DNA of 64,000 nt. Origin: Piromyces finnis finn. Taxonomy: Eukaryota; Fungi; Neocallimastigomycota. Location: assembly GCA_002104945.1 (NCBI GenBank), contig MCFH01000022.1, positions 558,001 to 622,000 of the forward strand. The letters run 5' to 3'. Within the stretch, counting starts at the first letter, position 1. Every line of letters starts with the position of its first letter. Both the position numbers and the translations under genes were made by a program. Positions 44,301 through 58,006 of this stretch are shown one piece after another. A model generated the notes under the pieces. It did no database searches. It was not told the DNA's origin and saw nothing but the letters and a program-made list of their open reading frames with translations.

Positions 44301-46215
44301 AGAATACTTTTAGAGTAAGAATAAATTTTTTTAATGATCATTTAAAAGCTTTAACATGAGTACTAATAAATTATTGAGAATACAATGATGCCAAAAAACT
44401 TGACACTAGGAATGAAATTACATACAATAAATATGATTTATTTTTTTTTTCTATAATTTCTCCTTCTTTTTATTATCTTTCTTTTTACCTTTTTTCCTTT
44501 TGCTATTTTTCCTTTTATTTCTTTTTGTCATCATTTCTCTTATTACCTTTTTTATTTCATTTTCTTCTGTCATCTTTCTATCATTTTTCGCTTTTTTTTT
44601 TTTAGTAAAGTTGCCATAAAAGTTCATAATTAATTTTTAATAAAGAAAAATCATTTTTTAATAAATAGTTTAATTTTACCAGCAATTAAAAAAAATTAGA
44701 AAATGATGTGGCGGTGAGCTTATAAAAAATTCTTATTTTCACCACCACCACCACTACTATTACTACTATTACTACTATTACTACATTCCTACTATTATTA
44801 CATCATTATCATTACTACTACACGGTATTATCAGTATCATTGACTACTGTTACTATCACCACCACTACCTACCTTCTTATAATTTGATACTTTATTATTA
44901 ATTAAACTTTTATATTATTTAGTATTCTTTCTTTAATTTTATTATTTATTAAGGTTTAAAGGTTAAAAGTCTATTTTTTAATAATAAATTTAATTTTATA
45001 ATTAAAACGGTGAATATATTAAAACAAAAGTCTACATATATTATATTATTATTTCAATATATAATTTCATTGTTTCTATTATTTTAGTAATTAATTAGGA
45101 TTGTATTTAAATATATAGTTTAAATAAAAGTTAATAGAATAACAATTAATAACAATTATACTTTAATATATTTTAATATTAAAATAGAATAGGGTTTGTA
45201 TAAAAATTATTTTTTGTCTTAAAATCCTTAAAATTGATTGGACGGTGATTTTTTTAAATACATTTTATAATTCAACTATATTGTAATAAATTGTATCATA
45301 TATTAGATAGATGATTTTTATTTTTTTGTTCTTTTTAATATTAAATATAATTCATTTTAACCAATGAAATATCTTCTTGGATGTTAAAAAATAATACAGA
45401 ATCTTACTTTTTATGATAATAAATAATTATTTCTTAATTTAGTAAAAATTTTTTTGTAGTTCTTATTCAATTTGACAGTATATTGATAATATATTAGAAT
45501 ATATGATAGAATATAATAATCCAAATAAATATTGTTTATTATTATATGATACAATAAAATATTGATATAATCTATCATATATTATATACAATAATTATAC
45601 ATTTATCTACGTTTTTTATATTGCTAATTTATTTTTTTGTAATTTAATATTTTTTTCCATAATATATAGGATTCTAATTCTAATTCAATTCAATTCTATT
45701 TATTTTATCAATTGTAATATACATTTCCATTTATTAATTAATTTAGCCACTTGTATTTATCATATATTGAAGTCTATTCATCATTGAGACGCTGACTGGA
45801 GCTTTAAAAACTTTAAAAGTAACCTATTCAATTAATAAAAAAAATTTATATATATAAAGCCTTTTTTCTTTTTTTTTTTTTTTTTTTCAAGTTTTACATT
45901 TTTAAAATTGTTTTATTATTTATATTAAAATTTGCAATTATTTATTTTATTTATATTTTTGTAATATAGATTTAGTTATCAAAAATATTTATAAATAATA
46001 TTAAATAGAATCAACTTTTTTTTTTAGATCAATTTTAAATTATATTAATTTATTATTAGACGAATAAAAAAAGTTTTTTAATTTTTAATTACACCAATCT
46101 TGTATATATTATATATAGACTTTTAATAATAAATAAACAAAAACAAATTCAATCTATCAATAAAAAAAAAATTCAAAATCAATTGTTAAAATAAAATAAA
46201 AACAACAACAACAAC

Positions 46216-47403
46216 ATGAATTCAAAAAGTATATTATTCATTTTTGCTTTATTCGCTTTATTCAGTTTAGCTTCAACCAATGTTGTTGCTCAAGAAAAGA
46301 GAAATGTTAATGATGATAATGAACTTCTTATGGAAGCTGTTAAAATGATTGAAAAACTTGTCAATCTTAAGACAGAAAGTGATAGTGTTTCTGAACAAAT
46401 GAAAAACACAGTTACTGAACAACTTAATGCAGCTGATAACAGTAAGAATATGGAAGAAGTTGATATGGTTGAAGAAGGAAATAATGATGATTTAGAAGAA
46501 GTTGAAGTTCTTACTGTTACTGTATACGAAGATGAAGAAGAAGATGAATTTGGTGGTGTTGATGGTAATGCTGTTTTAAACAGCCTTGAAGGTGAAGAAG
46601 ATATTGTCGAAGAAGATGGTAATGGTGAAGAAGGTGTTGATGCTAACATGGATGTTCTTCCAGAATTAAATGTTAACCAAGGTTTAAATGTTGTTGAAAC
46701 TGAAATGAACAATGATGATGATGAAAGTGTTGATGTTTCAATTGATTACAATGTTGATGAAAACAATTTAAAGGTTGCTAATGATGGTGTAAACAATTAC
46801 TACGTTGTTGATGTTGAAAACTATACTGATGAAGAAGGTACTAGAGATTCTTACATTGTTGATTTCTCTAATGTAGATGAATTAGAAAAGGACGAAAGTA
46901 ATGCTGGAAAGATTGTTGGTGGTCTCGCTGGTGGTGCTTTCACTATTGCTCTTATTGCTGGTTTCGGTTACAAATACACTCAACGTAACAAGCGTGTTTT
47001 ATTACCATTCCATGAAGATCTTGAAAAGGGTGAATTCTTTGATAAGAACTCCACTGAACACATCATTCCAGTTTGGGCTGCTACTGTAAAGAAGGAAGAA
47101 AGTGAAGAAGAAAAGGAAGAAGAAGAAAAATTATTTGAAGTTGTCTACAACTACGAACCAGAATTACCAGATGAATTAAAGTTAACTGTTGGTGATAAGA
47201 TTAAGATTAAGGAAATCTATGAAGATGGTTGGGCTTATGGTTACAACAAGACCACTCAATTATTTGGTACATTCCCATCTACCTCATTAGGTGAAAACTT
47301 CAACCCAGAATCTGTTCCACAATACAAACCAGAAGAAATTGCTGTTGAAATGAACGACAATATGGTTGAAGAATTAAAGAAGAAAATTGTTGAAAGCAAC
47401 TAA
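46216..47403 (+). CDS. Single-pass membrane protein: signal peptide, acidic ectodomain, TM helix, cytoplasmic SH3 domain (395 aa)
   Basis: Intronless ORF. Signal peptide followed by QEKR; TM IVGGLAGGAFTIALIAGFGY followed by a basic stop-transfer segment; SH3 FEVVYNYEPELPDELKLTVGDKIKIKEIYEDGWAYG..GTFP. Frequent C-ending codons. Confidence 0.9.
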   Translation: MNSKSILFIFALFALFSLASTNVVAQEKRNVNDDNELLMEAVKMIEKLVNLKTESDSVSEQMKNTVTEQLNAADNSKNMEEVDMVEEGNNDDLEEVEVLTVTVYEDEEEDEFGGVDGNAVLNSLEGEEDIVEEDGNGEEGVDANMDVLPELNVNQGLNVVETEMNNDDDESVDVSIDYNVDENNLKVANDGVNNYYVVDVENYTDEEGTRDSYIVDFSNVDELEKDESNAGKIVGGLAGGAFTIALIAGFGYKYTQRNKRVLLPFHEDLEKGEFFDKNSTEHIIPVWAATVKKEESEEEKEEEEKLFEVVYNYEPELPDELKLTVGDKIKIKEIYEDGWAYGYNKTTQLFGTFPSTSLGENFNPESVPQYKPEEIAVEMNDNMVEELKKKIVESN

Positions 47404-48201
47404 GCTTTTTTAAAAATTGCACATTACTTTTTACACATTCGCAAAAGTAAATATATAATTTTTACTTAATACACGCGTCGTATTTATTCATATAATAAAT
47501 CATGAATAAAATAATATTTATTTTTATTATTTAAAGTTGTTTTAGAAATCTAATAATATAGTTTTTAATTTTTTTGGAAATTTGCCTATTTTTACCGTTA
47601 TTATTACTAAGGGTAGAAAGAAGCATTAAATAAATAATAATCAAAGAAATTAAGGGATTTTTAGAAAACAATTATTTATTATTTTTTTTAATTTTATAAT
47701 TTGTAATTTTAGATTTATAGAAATTTATTTATAATATCAAAAAAACTATTTTCTATTTTGTAAATAGAAAAACAAAAGGCCAATATTCTTTTCTAGAAAG
47801 AATTAGAATAACATGGTATGATGGTTATTTTGATATTTATTATCTATTATATTAGTTGATAAATGGTTTTTATATATTTTATATTATATATTTTTGTGCC
47901 AATTTATTTTTACAACTAATAATGCAAATATATATATATATAAATATTAATATTTTCAAAACAAAATTTTTTAATTATTAATTTGTAAATTAATACAAAT
48001 TTTACTTTCTGAAAAAAAAAGAAAAAAAAACGAAAAGTAAAAGCTTTTTTTTTTTATTTCTTTTATTTTGTTTTAATATCATTATTTAGATGATGTTTTA
48101 GTTTATTAATAAAAATATAAAAACTTTTTTATAAAAAAAATTGTTTTTAAGGGTTTTTTTTTTTTGTAAAAGAGATAATTTTGTTGATATTATTTCTCTT
48201 A

Positions 48202-48318
48202 AACTGTATTATTAAAGATCTCGTCCAATCTATTCCTCCCATGTTTCATTACTCTTGGGCTAAAGAATCTTGTTCATTACATAAGAAGCTTATGAAAATT
48301 AATATTAAAAGTATTTAA
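48202..48318 (+). mobile_element. Relic of a second, divergent LINE ORF2 of the same family
   Basis: Translates to NCIIKDLVQSIPPMFHYSWAKESCSLHKKL, which aligns with NCIISYLVNYIPKFRKYTWCKSSRTLDKKL in the adjacent LINE ORF. Confidence 0.6.
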
Positions 48319-48330
48319 AGATATTAGATT

Positions 48331-49975
48331 GGTGTTCCATTTGATAAGAATCTGTCCCTTAAACCAGTTATTAAAACTCTTAATAACAAGGTTTTGAAAG
48401 GACTTTTTTCAGTCAGTAAATTTTTAAGAAATCCTAATATTCCTATTCCCTTCAAAAAGCTAGTACTTAACTCGCAAGTGATTAGCAGAGTTTCATACTT
48501 TGCACCATTACTTGGATCCAACAAAGCTAGGTCTAGGATTGCTCAGAAGCATGTTAACAAAGGAATACGATGGGTTGCCGGAGTTTATAAAGCTGTATCG
48601 TTTATATCTTTATACTCTATCTCAAAAAATTTGAATATTCCTCCATTGTCAGCCAAATGTGCTTTAGCTCAGGTTAGATGTTTTAACAAATGGAAAAACT
48701 CAAATTGTATTATCTCATACCTTGTCAATTACATTCCTAAATTTAGAAAATACACGTGGTGCAAATCAAGTAGGACACTTGATAAAAAACTAAAGAAACA
48801 TGGAGATATTAAAGCAGTTAAAAACTTTTATTGGAAAGATCTCAAAGGGAATTCAATCAAAGCGCAATATTATGATGATAATAGATTTATTGAAACTAAA
48901 GATTTCATTAAATTATGTTATGAGTACCCAGAGTTTGCCTATGGCTTCTACTGGCTATTGAAAGCAAGAAGCGGATACAAGTTGGATGCTAGAGTTGCCA
49001 AAGCTGCTAAATTTGTTGATCCAGTTTGTCCTAACTACTGTCCATGTTGCAAGTGTGGAGATCAAAGTATTAAACATTGGTTATTAGATTGTCCAACATT
49101 TAGAGATATCCGTATTAAACATTGTGATTCTATAGTCCAGCTATTAAATTTTTTCAGTCAACGTAATTCCAATAGTCCTATCAATAATAATGAAATTGAT
49201 AATGTCAGCAGAGATAGCAATAACAGTAATAGTAATAGTAACAATAGTAATAATAACAATAGTAATAATAACAATAGTAGTAATAGTAATAATAGAAATA
49301 GTAATAATAACAATAGTAGTAATAGAAATAATAATATTAGTAATGATAGCAATAGTGATGATAATAATTCTAATTTAGATAGTAATTTAGTTAATGATAG
49401 TAATAGTTCTAATAATCCGGTGAATATTAATGCGTATGATTATTCTAGTGTGTGCAGTAAAATATTTAAATTCCTTCTTGGGGGAAGAAGTTTTAACAAT
49501 ATTAATTACAATTCAAGGGAATGGAAAGAACTTTGTAAGCGTCAGATTCAATCTGGTACTAATGAAGGAACACCATTCTTGACGGTAACAGCGGAACTTC
49601 TAACCAAAATCATGCCTTTTGCTATTGGCCAGCAATGGTCAATGTTCAAAAGGTTTGAAGCAACATCCAAGAGCGTCAATGCTGAAGAAACAGTAAGACA
49701 GGCCAGGAGGGCCAGCGCAACCAATGGAGATCATAATTTTGTCCCATGATAAAATTTTGATCTTTGGCTCGGTGTCCCATTGGAAGTCAAATATAATTAT
49801 TATACTTTAGTATGATAGTGGCTTTCTTACTTTAATTAAAATTACTAGAATACATTATACCCAATTTTTATTCATTTGTGTTTATTTAAACATATTTTTT
49901 TTTATATTTAATTTTTTTATTACATGTATTATAATTTTAATTAAATTAATAATAAAGTTTAAAATATTTGATGCC

Positions 49976-50005
<30 letters not shown>
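48331..50005 (+). mobile_element. 5'-truncated LINE (non-LTR retrotransposon): end of RT region, CCHC zinc knuckle, 3'UTR, poly(A)
   Basis: Frame starts at GVPFD (the (YKYL)G..D end of RT motif 7) and stays open to TGA 49749. Zinc knuckle C-x2-C-x8-H-x4-C (CPCCKCGDQSIKHWLLDC); about 230-nt 3'UTR; A27 tail 49979-50005. No clear TSD found. Confidence 0.88.
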
Positions 50006-50006
<1 letters not shown>

Positions 50007-50139
50007 ACTCCTTGAAATGAAAGTATGAAAAACAATTTATAACTATTTTTTTTACGTTTCTTCTTGGTGGAACTTTAGCATATAATGCGCTACAAATCGA
50101 TAAAGCGGAACAAAAATATTTGAATGAACAACATAGTAA

Positions 50140-50390
50140 ACATACTACTACTACATACTACTACTACTACTACTACTAATACTACTACTAATACTACTAC
50201 TAATACTAATACTAATACTAATACTAATACTAATACTAATACTAATACTAATACTAATACTAATACTAATACTAATACTAATACTAATACTAATACTAAT
50301 ACTAATACTAATACTAATACTAATACTAATACTAATACTAATACTAATACTAATACTAATACTAATTACTAATTACTAATTACTAAAACA
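50140..50390. repeat. (ACT)n / (AATACT)n microsatellite
   Basis: Direct reading; gives the spurious poly-(NT) ORF 50124-50372. Confidence 0.95.
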
Positions 50391-50400
50391 ATAATATTAA

Positions 50401-50437
<37 letters not shown>

Positions 50438-50821
50438 TATGATTATAATTAGAATAATAGTAACAATGTTACTACACCTAACTACAATAATATTAGTATT
50501 ATTATTAATTAAAAATATTATTATTTAATCATAATTTAATTTAAAATTCATTTTATTAAATGATCCTCCCTTACTAAATTATTAAATGAAATATTAAAAA
50601 TCATATTAAAAAATTTTTTTTTATTTCATTGGATTTTAATATTTCATTTGTTTTTTTTTTTGTTATTTATGTATTTGTCTTTTATATGTAAAAAAAAAGA
50701 AACACATTAATAAATAAAAAAAAAAAAAAAATGGTATCCCTCTATTTTTATCAAGTTTTCAATCATTCATTTTGCCAAAACATTATTTTTATTGATATAC
50801 CTAAAATTGTAAGCAAGCAAA

Positions 50822-50903
50822 GTCAGTTTGTCCGAGTGGTTAAGGAGTCAGACTTGAAATCTGATGGGCTCTGCCCGCGCAGGTTCAAACCCTGCAGCTG
50901 ACG
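50822..50903 (+). tRNA. trnS-UGA: tRNA-Ser (anticodon UGA), 82 nt, no intron
   Basis: Acceptor GTCAGTT/AGCTGAC plus discriminator G; D-loop AGTGGTTAAG; anticodon arm TCAGA-CTTGAAA-TCTGA; long variable arm GGGCTCTGCCC; T-arm with GGTTCAAAC; downstream T-runs. Confidence 0.95.
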
Positions 50904-51966
50904 TTACACTTTTACATTTTATTTAAACCTAAATTTTTTTACCATTTCCTAAAACTATAATCAATAGAAGCTTGGCTAATCCATTATTGACTATTAAATT
51001 TTTAAACAATTACTGAACTTTTAATATTTATTTATTTATTTATGAAATATATACCCTAGATGATTTTAAAAACCCTTTATTATCCTAATTTCCATAACCA
51101 TTATATTATTACTGATTCTAATTAATTATAAAAATAGTTTATACCTCAATTTATGTTTTATCTATTTGCTATCAACTGGTTTTACATAATATAATGTTAT
51201 TATTATTATTATTATTATTTTTGGATCCATTACCTTTTTTTTCTTTTTTATTTTGAATAATATTATAACAGTAATGGAGAAAAACTTATTTTCTTTATTA
51301 ATTCATATTCACACATAAATAAGTAAATAAAAAAAAAAGAGAAAATATTATCACTATTTAATATATACTTTATTAATTATTATACATTATTATTTATGCA
51401 TATATATATAAAACAAACAAACATAAAGAATAGACTTTTTTTTTATTGTTTTTAATATTTATTTAGTTATAATAACATATAACAAATACTATAGTAGAAA
51501 ATAAAAAATAAAAGATTATTAAATTTTATTACTAATTTTTTTTAAGTTATGAAAGAGAAATTATTAAAAAAAAATTAAATATATATATTGATATTGATAG
51601 AAAAACAATTATTACCAAGATAGAATAAATAGCTTTTATAAAAAAAAAATATAATAATAAAAGTCTATTATATTATATTTAGTATTAAATACTTTTTTTT
51701 TTTTTTTTGTTCTTAAATAGAATAACAGTACTTTCATTATTAAATTAAAAAAATTAATTTATATTTCTTTAATTCTCCCTTTTTTTTTTAAAGACTTTAA
51801 AATTATATAAATTTTATTCTATTATTCTTTATTTTTCTTTTATTCTTTTTTTTTTTTTTTTTTTTTTTTTAATAGCTATATAAAAGTATTATTTATTTTT
51901 TTCTATGATAATTGATTTAGGATAATGATGAGGTTGATTAAAATAATAATTAAATGTGATTTTGGC

Positions 51967-51999
<33 letters not shown>

Positions 52000-52030
52000 G
52001 ATTTTTAATGAATTATTTTATTTTATTTTT

Positions 52031-52420
52031 TTATAGTTCTTTATGAGAGATAACATTTTGGATATTAGAAATAAGACCAACAATTTTATCTTTACAATCA
52101 AATGGGTTTGTTCTAATAATGTAATATATGTAAAGTGAAATCATTCCGATTATAAAAGTGTCTGAAAAAAAAAAAAAATAATAGTTCACATATATAAATA
52201 TATACATATAAAATTGTTAATTATAAATTCTTATTTTTTTCTTATTTATTTATTTTTTTTTTCTATTGTTATAGTGCTTTATTATTTTAAATATTTAATT
52301 ATTTTAGTAATTACAAATAATAGCCTTTTCCCAAGTATCAAGCATATATAAGGCTGTTGTAACTTCAAATTGGTAAATTTTTGTAGCTAACCAATTTCTT
52401 TCTTTTAATTCTTGAGTCAT
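52031..52420 (-). CDS. Serine palmitoyltransferase small subunit (ssSPT/SPTSS-like), 78 aa
   Basis: Exons 52420-52315 and 52161-52031 give MTQELKERNWLATKIYQFEVTTALYMLDTWEKAIIYTFIIGMISLYIYYII..., with the YQ.EVT..LYML..WEK family motif followed by a TM segment. Absent from the ORF track because it is spliced. Confidence 0.85.
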
Positions 52421-53769
52421 GATTACTTTTTTTTTCTTTTAAAAATACAATATATAAATGTATATTATAAATATAAAATCCTTTTTAATAATTCACTTTT
52501 CCTTTATTATTATTAATATTTTATAGTATTTATTTATATAAATTCATAGTTTATCTTTACTTTTTATTCGAAGAAGAATTAATAATAAAAACTTTTAATT
52601 TTTTTTTATCTTTTTATTATTAGAAATAAAAAAAGTATAAAAATTTTTATTATTATTAATTATTTTTTTAAAGGAAATAATATAATTTTTTAAATTTAAA
52701 ATAAAAACAGTTCCATTAATACATTATGTAAACAAATGTATACATTATCATTGAATAAGACAAAAAAAACTTTTTTTAATATAAAGAAATTTTTTTTTTT
52801 ATTTAATTTGTATAATAGCATCATAAAAAAAAAAAGTAAGAATTATAATAAAGAAATTTAATATATTAAACTAAAAGGAAGATATTCCTTTTTTTATTTT
52901 AAATAACATTATTTAAATATGTGTTTCTTTTTTTTTTTTTTTTCATTTACTGGGAGGATAATATGAATCATTTTGATGGCCTTGATAGAGCAACATTATA
53001 AGCAAAATATTACATTTCAATTCCATTAATATTAATTATAATAACAAAGACGTATTGAATATAATTGTTTTTATTTTCTTAAATTAATAATAATCAATTA
53101 TTTAAATATATTATGTTTTTACAAGACATTCAAAAACAATTAATAATTATTAAAATTATAATGTATATATAATAATTTTTGTCAATTATCAAAGATGATT
53201 AAATACTGTTGGATAATAGATCAAAGACAGAGAAAAAAGAAAATAAAAAGATCAATTAAATATATATTAGAAAGAATTAATAGAAATGGAAAATTCAATT
53301 TAAATAAAATGAAAAGTATATTAATTTGATATAAAAGGAGAAAGAAAAAAAAAGTAAAGTAAAATGAAACATTAATCTTTTAATATTAAATATTTATCAA
53401 AATCAGATTTTCAGATGTTTTTCTTTTTTATTTTCAACATAAAAAATTCATTAAAAATACATTCAAAGCGAATTTTTATTTGAAACTTAATATTAATTGA
53501 ATAGTTTGAAATTATGTCAAAAATCATTGTTTACCATATATATATATATTTTAAAAAAAAAACAATTATACAATCATCTCAAAATGTAAAAGGATTTCAT
53601 CTAATCATTAAAAAACTTTATTTCATCAAATATAAGATTTAATATATTATTAATTACTAGTTTTTATTATCAGCAAAGATTAATATTTATATTAAAGTAA
53701 ATGAGCTAATTAATTATTATTATTATTATCATCATTATTTTTATTGTTTTTAATAGAATATAATTTAAA

Positions 53770-54120
53770 ATGTCTATCGGAATTCCAGTAAAATTACTTC
53801 ATGAAGCTCAAGGCCATACTGTTTCAGTAGAACTTTGTACTGGTGCTTTACTTCGTGGTACTTTACATGAAGCTGAAGATAATATGAATATTCAAATGCG
53901 TGATATTACAATTACTCAAAGAGATGGTAGAGTTTCTCAACTTGATCAAGTATATATTCGTGGTTCTAATATTCGTTTTGTTATTGTTCCAGATATGTTG
54001 AAAAATGCCCCAATGTTCCAAAATGGTGGTGTTAAGGGTAAAGGTGTTGGAAGAGGAACTAAAACTACCTTATCAAGAGGTAGAGGAAGAAATTTAAGAA
54101 GACCATCAAGAGGAATGTAA
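53770..54120 (+). CDS. SMD3: Small nuclear ribonucleoprotein Sm D3
   Basis: [44 protein letters not shown] plus an RG-rich tail; single coding exon. Confidence 0.97.
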   Translation: MSIGIPVKLLHEAQGHTVSVELCTGALLRGTLHEAEDNMNIQMRDITITQRDGRVSQLDQVYIRGSNIRFVIVPDMLKNAPMFQNGGVKGKGVGRGTKTTLSRGRGRNLRRPSRGM

Positions 54121-56740
54121 TTTAATTTACAAATTAAAAAAAGTCAATATTAATTTATAATAATTTATTTTTTTTTAATTACTTCAAGGGATATGAAAGA
54201 ATAAGAAAAGAAGAAGAAGAAAAAGAAAAAGATTATTGAATTCTTATACATTCTTTTTTTTTTTTTTTCCGAATAATCCCATATTAATATAATATTCAAT
54301 TGTTAAACTCATCAATATTCTAACAAAGAAAGAAAAAAAAAAAGATATATATATATTAATTAGATTATTGTACAATCAATATATCTATTTTTTTTTTTCA
54401 CAACAATTAAAAATGTTTTTTTTTATTCATACTAATATAATTCTTAATTACAACCATGGAATAAATTGCAATATATATATATAAACAATTAAAGATTTTA
54501 TAAAGTTTAAAAATTAGATAATTAAGGTGTAACTTGATTTTTGTTTTTCGATTTTATTTTATGATGAGGATTTCAAAGGAAACTTTTTTTTTTTTTTTTT
54601 TTTTGAAAATATTAACAATATAGCCTTGAATAATAAATATTAATTTATCAAAACCAGCAAATAAGCAAGCAAGTGAACCGATAAAAAAAAAAAAAAGTGT
54701 TTTGCATAAAATAGGAATTTCTAGTTTATGTTAATATAATTTATTTTGTTTTATTTTAGGTATTTTTTTTTTAATAAATAATTAACCCATAATTTATATC
54801 ATTTGAGTTTAAATAAGTCTACTTATTCTTAATATTTGTAGCAAGGATGTTCAATATCAGAACAGCAACAGTAACAACAATATTTATTATTTTATATAGT
54901 TTTTAACAAAAATTATTATTGATATGTCATCGAGAATATCAAGTTATATAATTATATTTTAATAAATAAACTATTTTTTTTTATTACTCATAGAATTCGT
55001 TAAATTAGATAATATATTATAGAAAGGATTATTCTTTTTTTTTTTTTTTTTTTTGTTATTTTCGATATTTAAATGGGTCAAAGAGTATGAACTAAAAAAG
55101 GTCAAATTTTAAAAGCTAATTTTTTTTTTTTTAATTATTTATAATAATAATAATAGTAAAGATCATATTATTTTTAAAAATATTAAATATTTAAAATTCA
55201 TTTCTAAATATAAATTATATATATGTATTTATTTAATCTCAAGTTTTCCTTTATATAAAGTTACCTTTTGCTATTGACTTTCAACTGTCATGTAATTGTT
55301 TAAAATTATTAAAATAAGCCCTGGAAAAGTCACAAATTTAATTAAAATTAATAAACCTAAAAAATACTATTTATTATTAATTAAACTTTTTTTTTTTTAT
55401 TAAAAAATGGATAAAAAAAAATTAGTTTTTATCTTTAAATTTTTTTTTTTTTTTAATCTATATATAATTAATATTTGTGTGTAAGGTTGTAAATGTTATT
55501 ATTAAAAGGTTAACCACCACCACCACCGCCACTACAAATAATGAAAGGCTAATTATTGAATAATTCTTTTTTTTTATTATTATTATTACTATTATTATTA
55601 TTATTTCTAGTCAATTAAACATTTACTTTTTCTAAAATAATAATAAAAATAATTATAAAACCAACAACAACAATAAAGAAATAAAAATACAAAAAAAAAA
55701 AAAAAAAAAAAAAAAAATAAAGCGGTTTCTTAATAGTTTCTAACAACGATAACAAATTATCTATGTATTTTTTTGAATAAGAAATAAAAATTGAATTATC
55801 CGTATTGTTAAAATATTAAAGTATAATGATACTTGAATAATACAATAATAAAATAAAATTACTCATCAACACAACAAAATTAATAAATAATTTTAAAAAA
55901 AAAAGCTGTGCATTTTTAATAATTAACAACAACAACAACAACAACATTCATAACAATTTCGAATAATATATTTTCTGTCATTAGTAAAAAAAAAAAAAAG
56001 ATAATAATAATAATAATAAAAACACTAAAGATATTAAAAGAAAAAGTGTCAATTCGATATAGTAGTAATTTAATAATTTATTTTTCTTTTAAAAAGTTAC
56101 ATTAATATTTGTTTAATTGAAAATATTTAAATAATTACTTTTTTCTATTATTTTAAATATTTTGTAATTTAATCATTAAAAAAAAAAAAAGTAAAATTAT
56201 AAATAATTCATATTCTCTGATACATAAAAAATATATTTGGTTTTAATTCAGGCAAAAAAAGAGGTAAGAAGTTATGACCGATAATGAATATATATATTTT
56301 TAAAGAAGCAATATATATACTTTTAATTAATTTTATGCACTATATATATATTTTTTTTTAATTTTATATAAAATATTAATTAATAGCCGTTAATTCGAAT
56401 TATCAGTGTATAAAGTTATATACTAATAATAAATTAATAGAAAATATAAATTTACCAATACAATATTATAAATCAAATTATTAATAAAAACAATTTATTT
56501 TAATATTAAAAAAACAAGTATAAGAGAACCAAATATATATATAAATACATATATACATTATTTATTCTTTGTATCAAATAATATTAACCATTAATATTAA
56601 CGAAAAGTCTAATTGAAAATAAATATATAATATACCAAAATATAACTATTTTAAAAATTTTATAAAATTTTATTATATCATTATAATTCTTATTAATATT
56701 TAATATAAAAACAACTTGAAGAAGAGGGGGGAATAAAAAA

Positions 56741-57692
56741 ATGAAGAATTTTGTTTTATATAAAAGATTATTTATATGTCAACTATTTCTAGTATTTATC
56801 CATATTTTTTCCATTTCTGGATTAATAAAGTTTATTGGCTATATAATTGGAATATTGGGATTATTATCTCTTGCTTCACTTATTTTCCAAGTTTATATAA
56901 AACCATCACAGAAAAAAGTTACAGATTTTGATTTAAAAAAGAGTCATGTTTCATTTCCTCGGTTTGCTCAAGCGATGGAATGGGAAGATTTTGAAAAACG
57001 TAGAATAAATGAAGAAACTCCAATTACAATTCCATTGTTAGTACCTTCTTTGAAAATAAATGCTCGTGTTCATAGACTTTTAAATAATGTTATTAAGGAT
57101 TTTATATTAGATTGGTATAATGAGCTTACATCAAGTAAATCCTTTTTTTATGAATTAGAAAATATTATATATACTGCAACTTCTGTTATTATTGATCACC
57201 TAAAAAAGGTAAACTATGAAGATTTCATTGGAAAAAAAGCTATTCCAATTGTATACAATCATATTCATGAATTTAATTTAGCAAGAGAAAGAATCTCAAT
57301 GATTAATTCAGGAAATCCAGAATTAAAAATATCCATGTATTATAATTATGGTAAACTCCATCCAGCAGTTTTACCCACATTAAATTCCACTCAAAAATTA
57401 GAATATAACCATTTAAGAAAAATTTTTGAAAAAATAATACCAATTCTTTTGGATAAAAAGGTTTATCAAAGTAGAACTATTGTTGTTCTCATAAGAGAAA
57501 TATTGGTTTGTAAAGTAATACAACCATTAATTGATATGCTTTCTGATCCAGATTTTTATAATCTTGAATTTATTGATTTAGTAAGTTATAATAATAAATA
57601 CTAAACATTAGATAGAAAAAATAATAGTATCAAGAGGATTACATTCTTTTTTTTTCTCTTTCCTTTTTGCTTATTATTATTATTATTATTAT

Positions 57693-57733
<41 letters not shown>

Positions 57734-57961
57734 TTGGAAAACTAAAAACTATATAATTATTTTAAAATTAACATTATATCATTTAAATTATCAATGTTGT
57801 AAATGCATTCTATTATAAACCATTAAATTAAAATATGTATCCATTACAAAATTAATAGTCTGAAAGATTTTTTGGAAAATCGTAAGTAGTTAATATTAAC
57901 TAAAATATTTTATGAATAATGAGAAATAATATATTACATTTATTAAGTTATAAGGATTATC

Positions 57962-58006
<45 letters not shown>

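Noticed and set aside
50021-50130. Frame reading IFFTFLLGGTL just after the LINE poly(A), resembling the LINE's KIFKFLLGGR
   Set aside because: Only a 5-7 residue match with no supporting flanks; could be chance. Would need a family HMM to accept as a third LINE relic.
50005-50822. tRNA-gene-targeted LINE integration
   Set aside because: The 800-bp distance and a single instance give no evidence of targeting.
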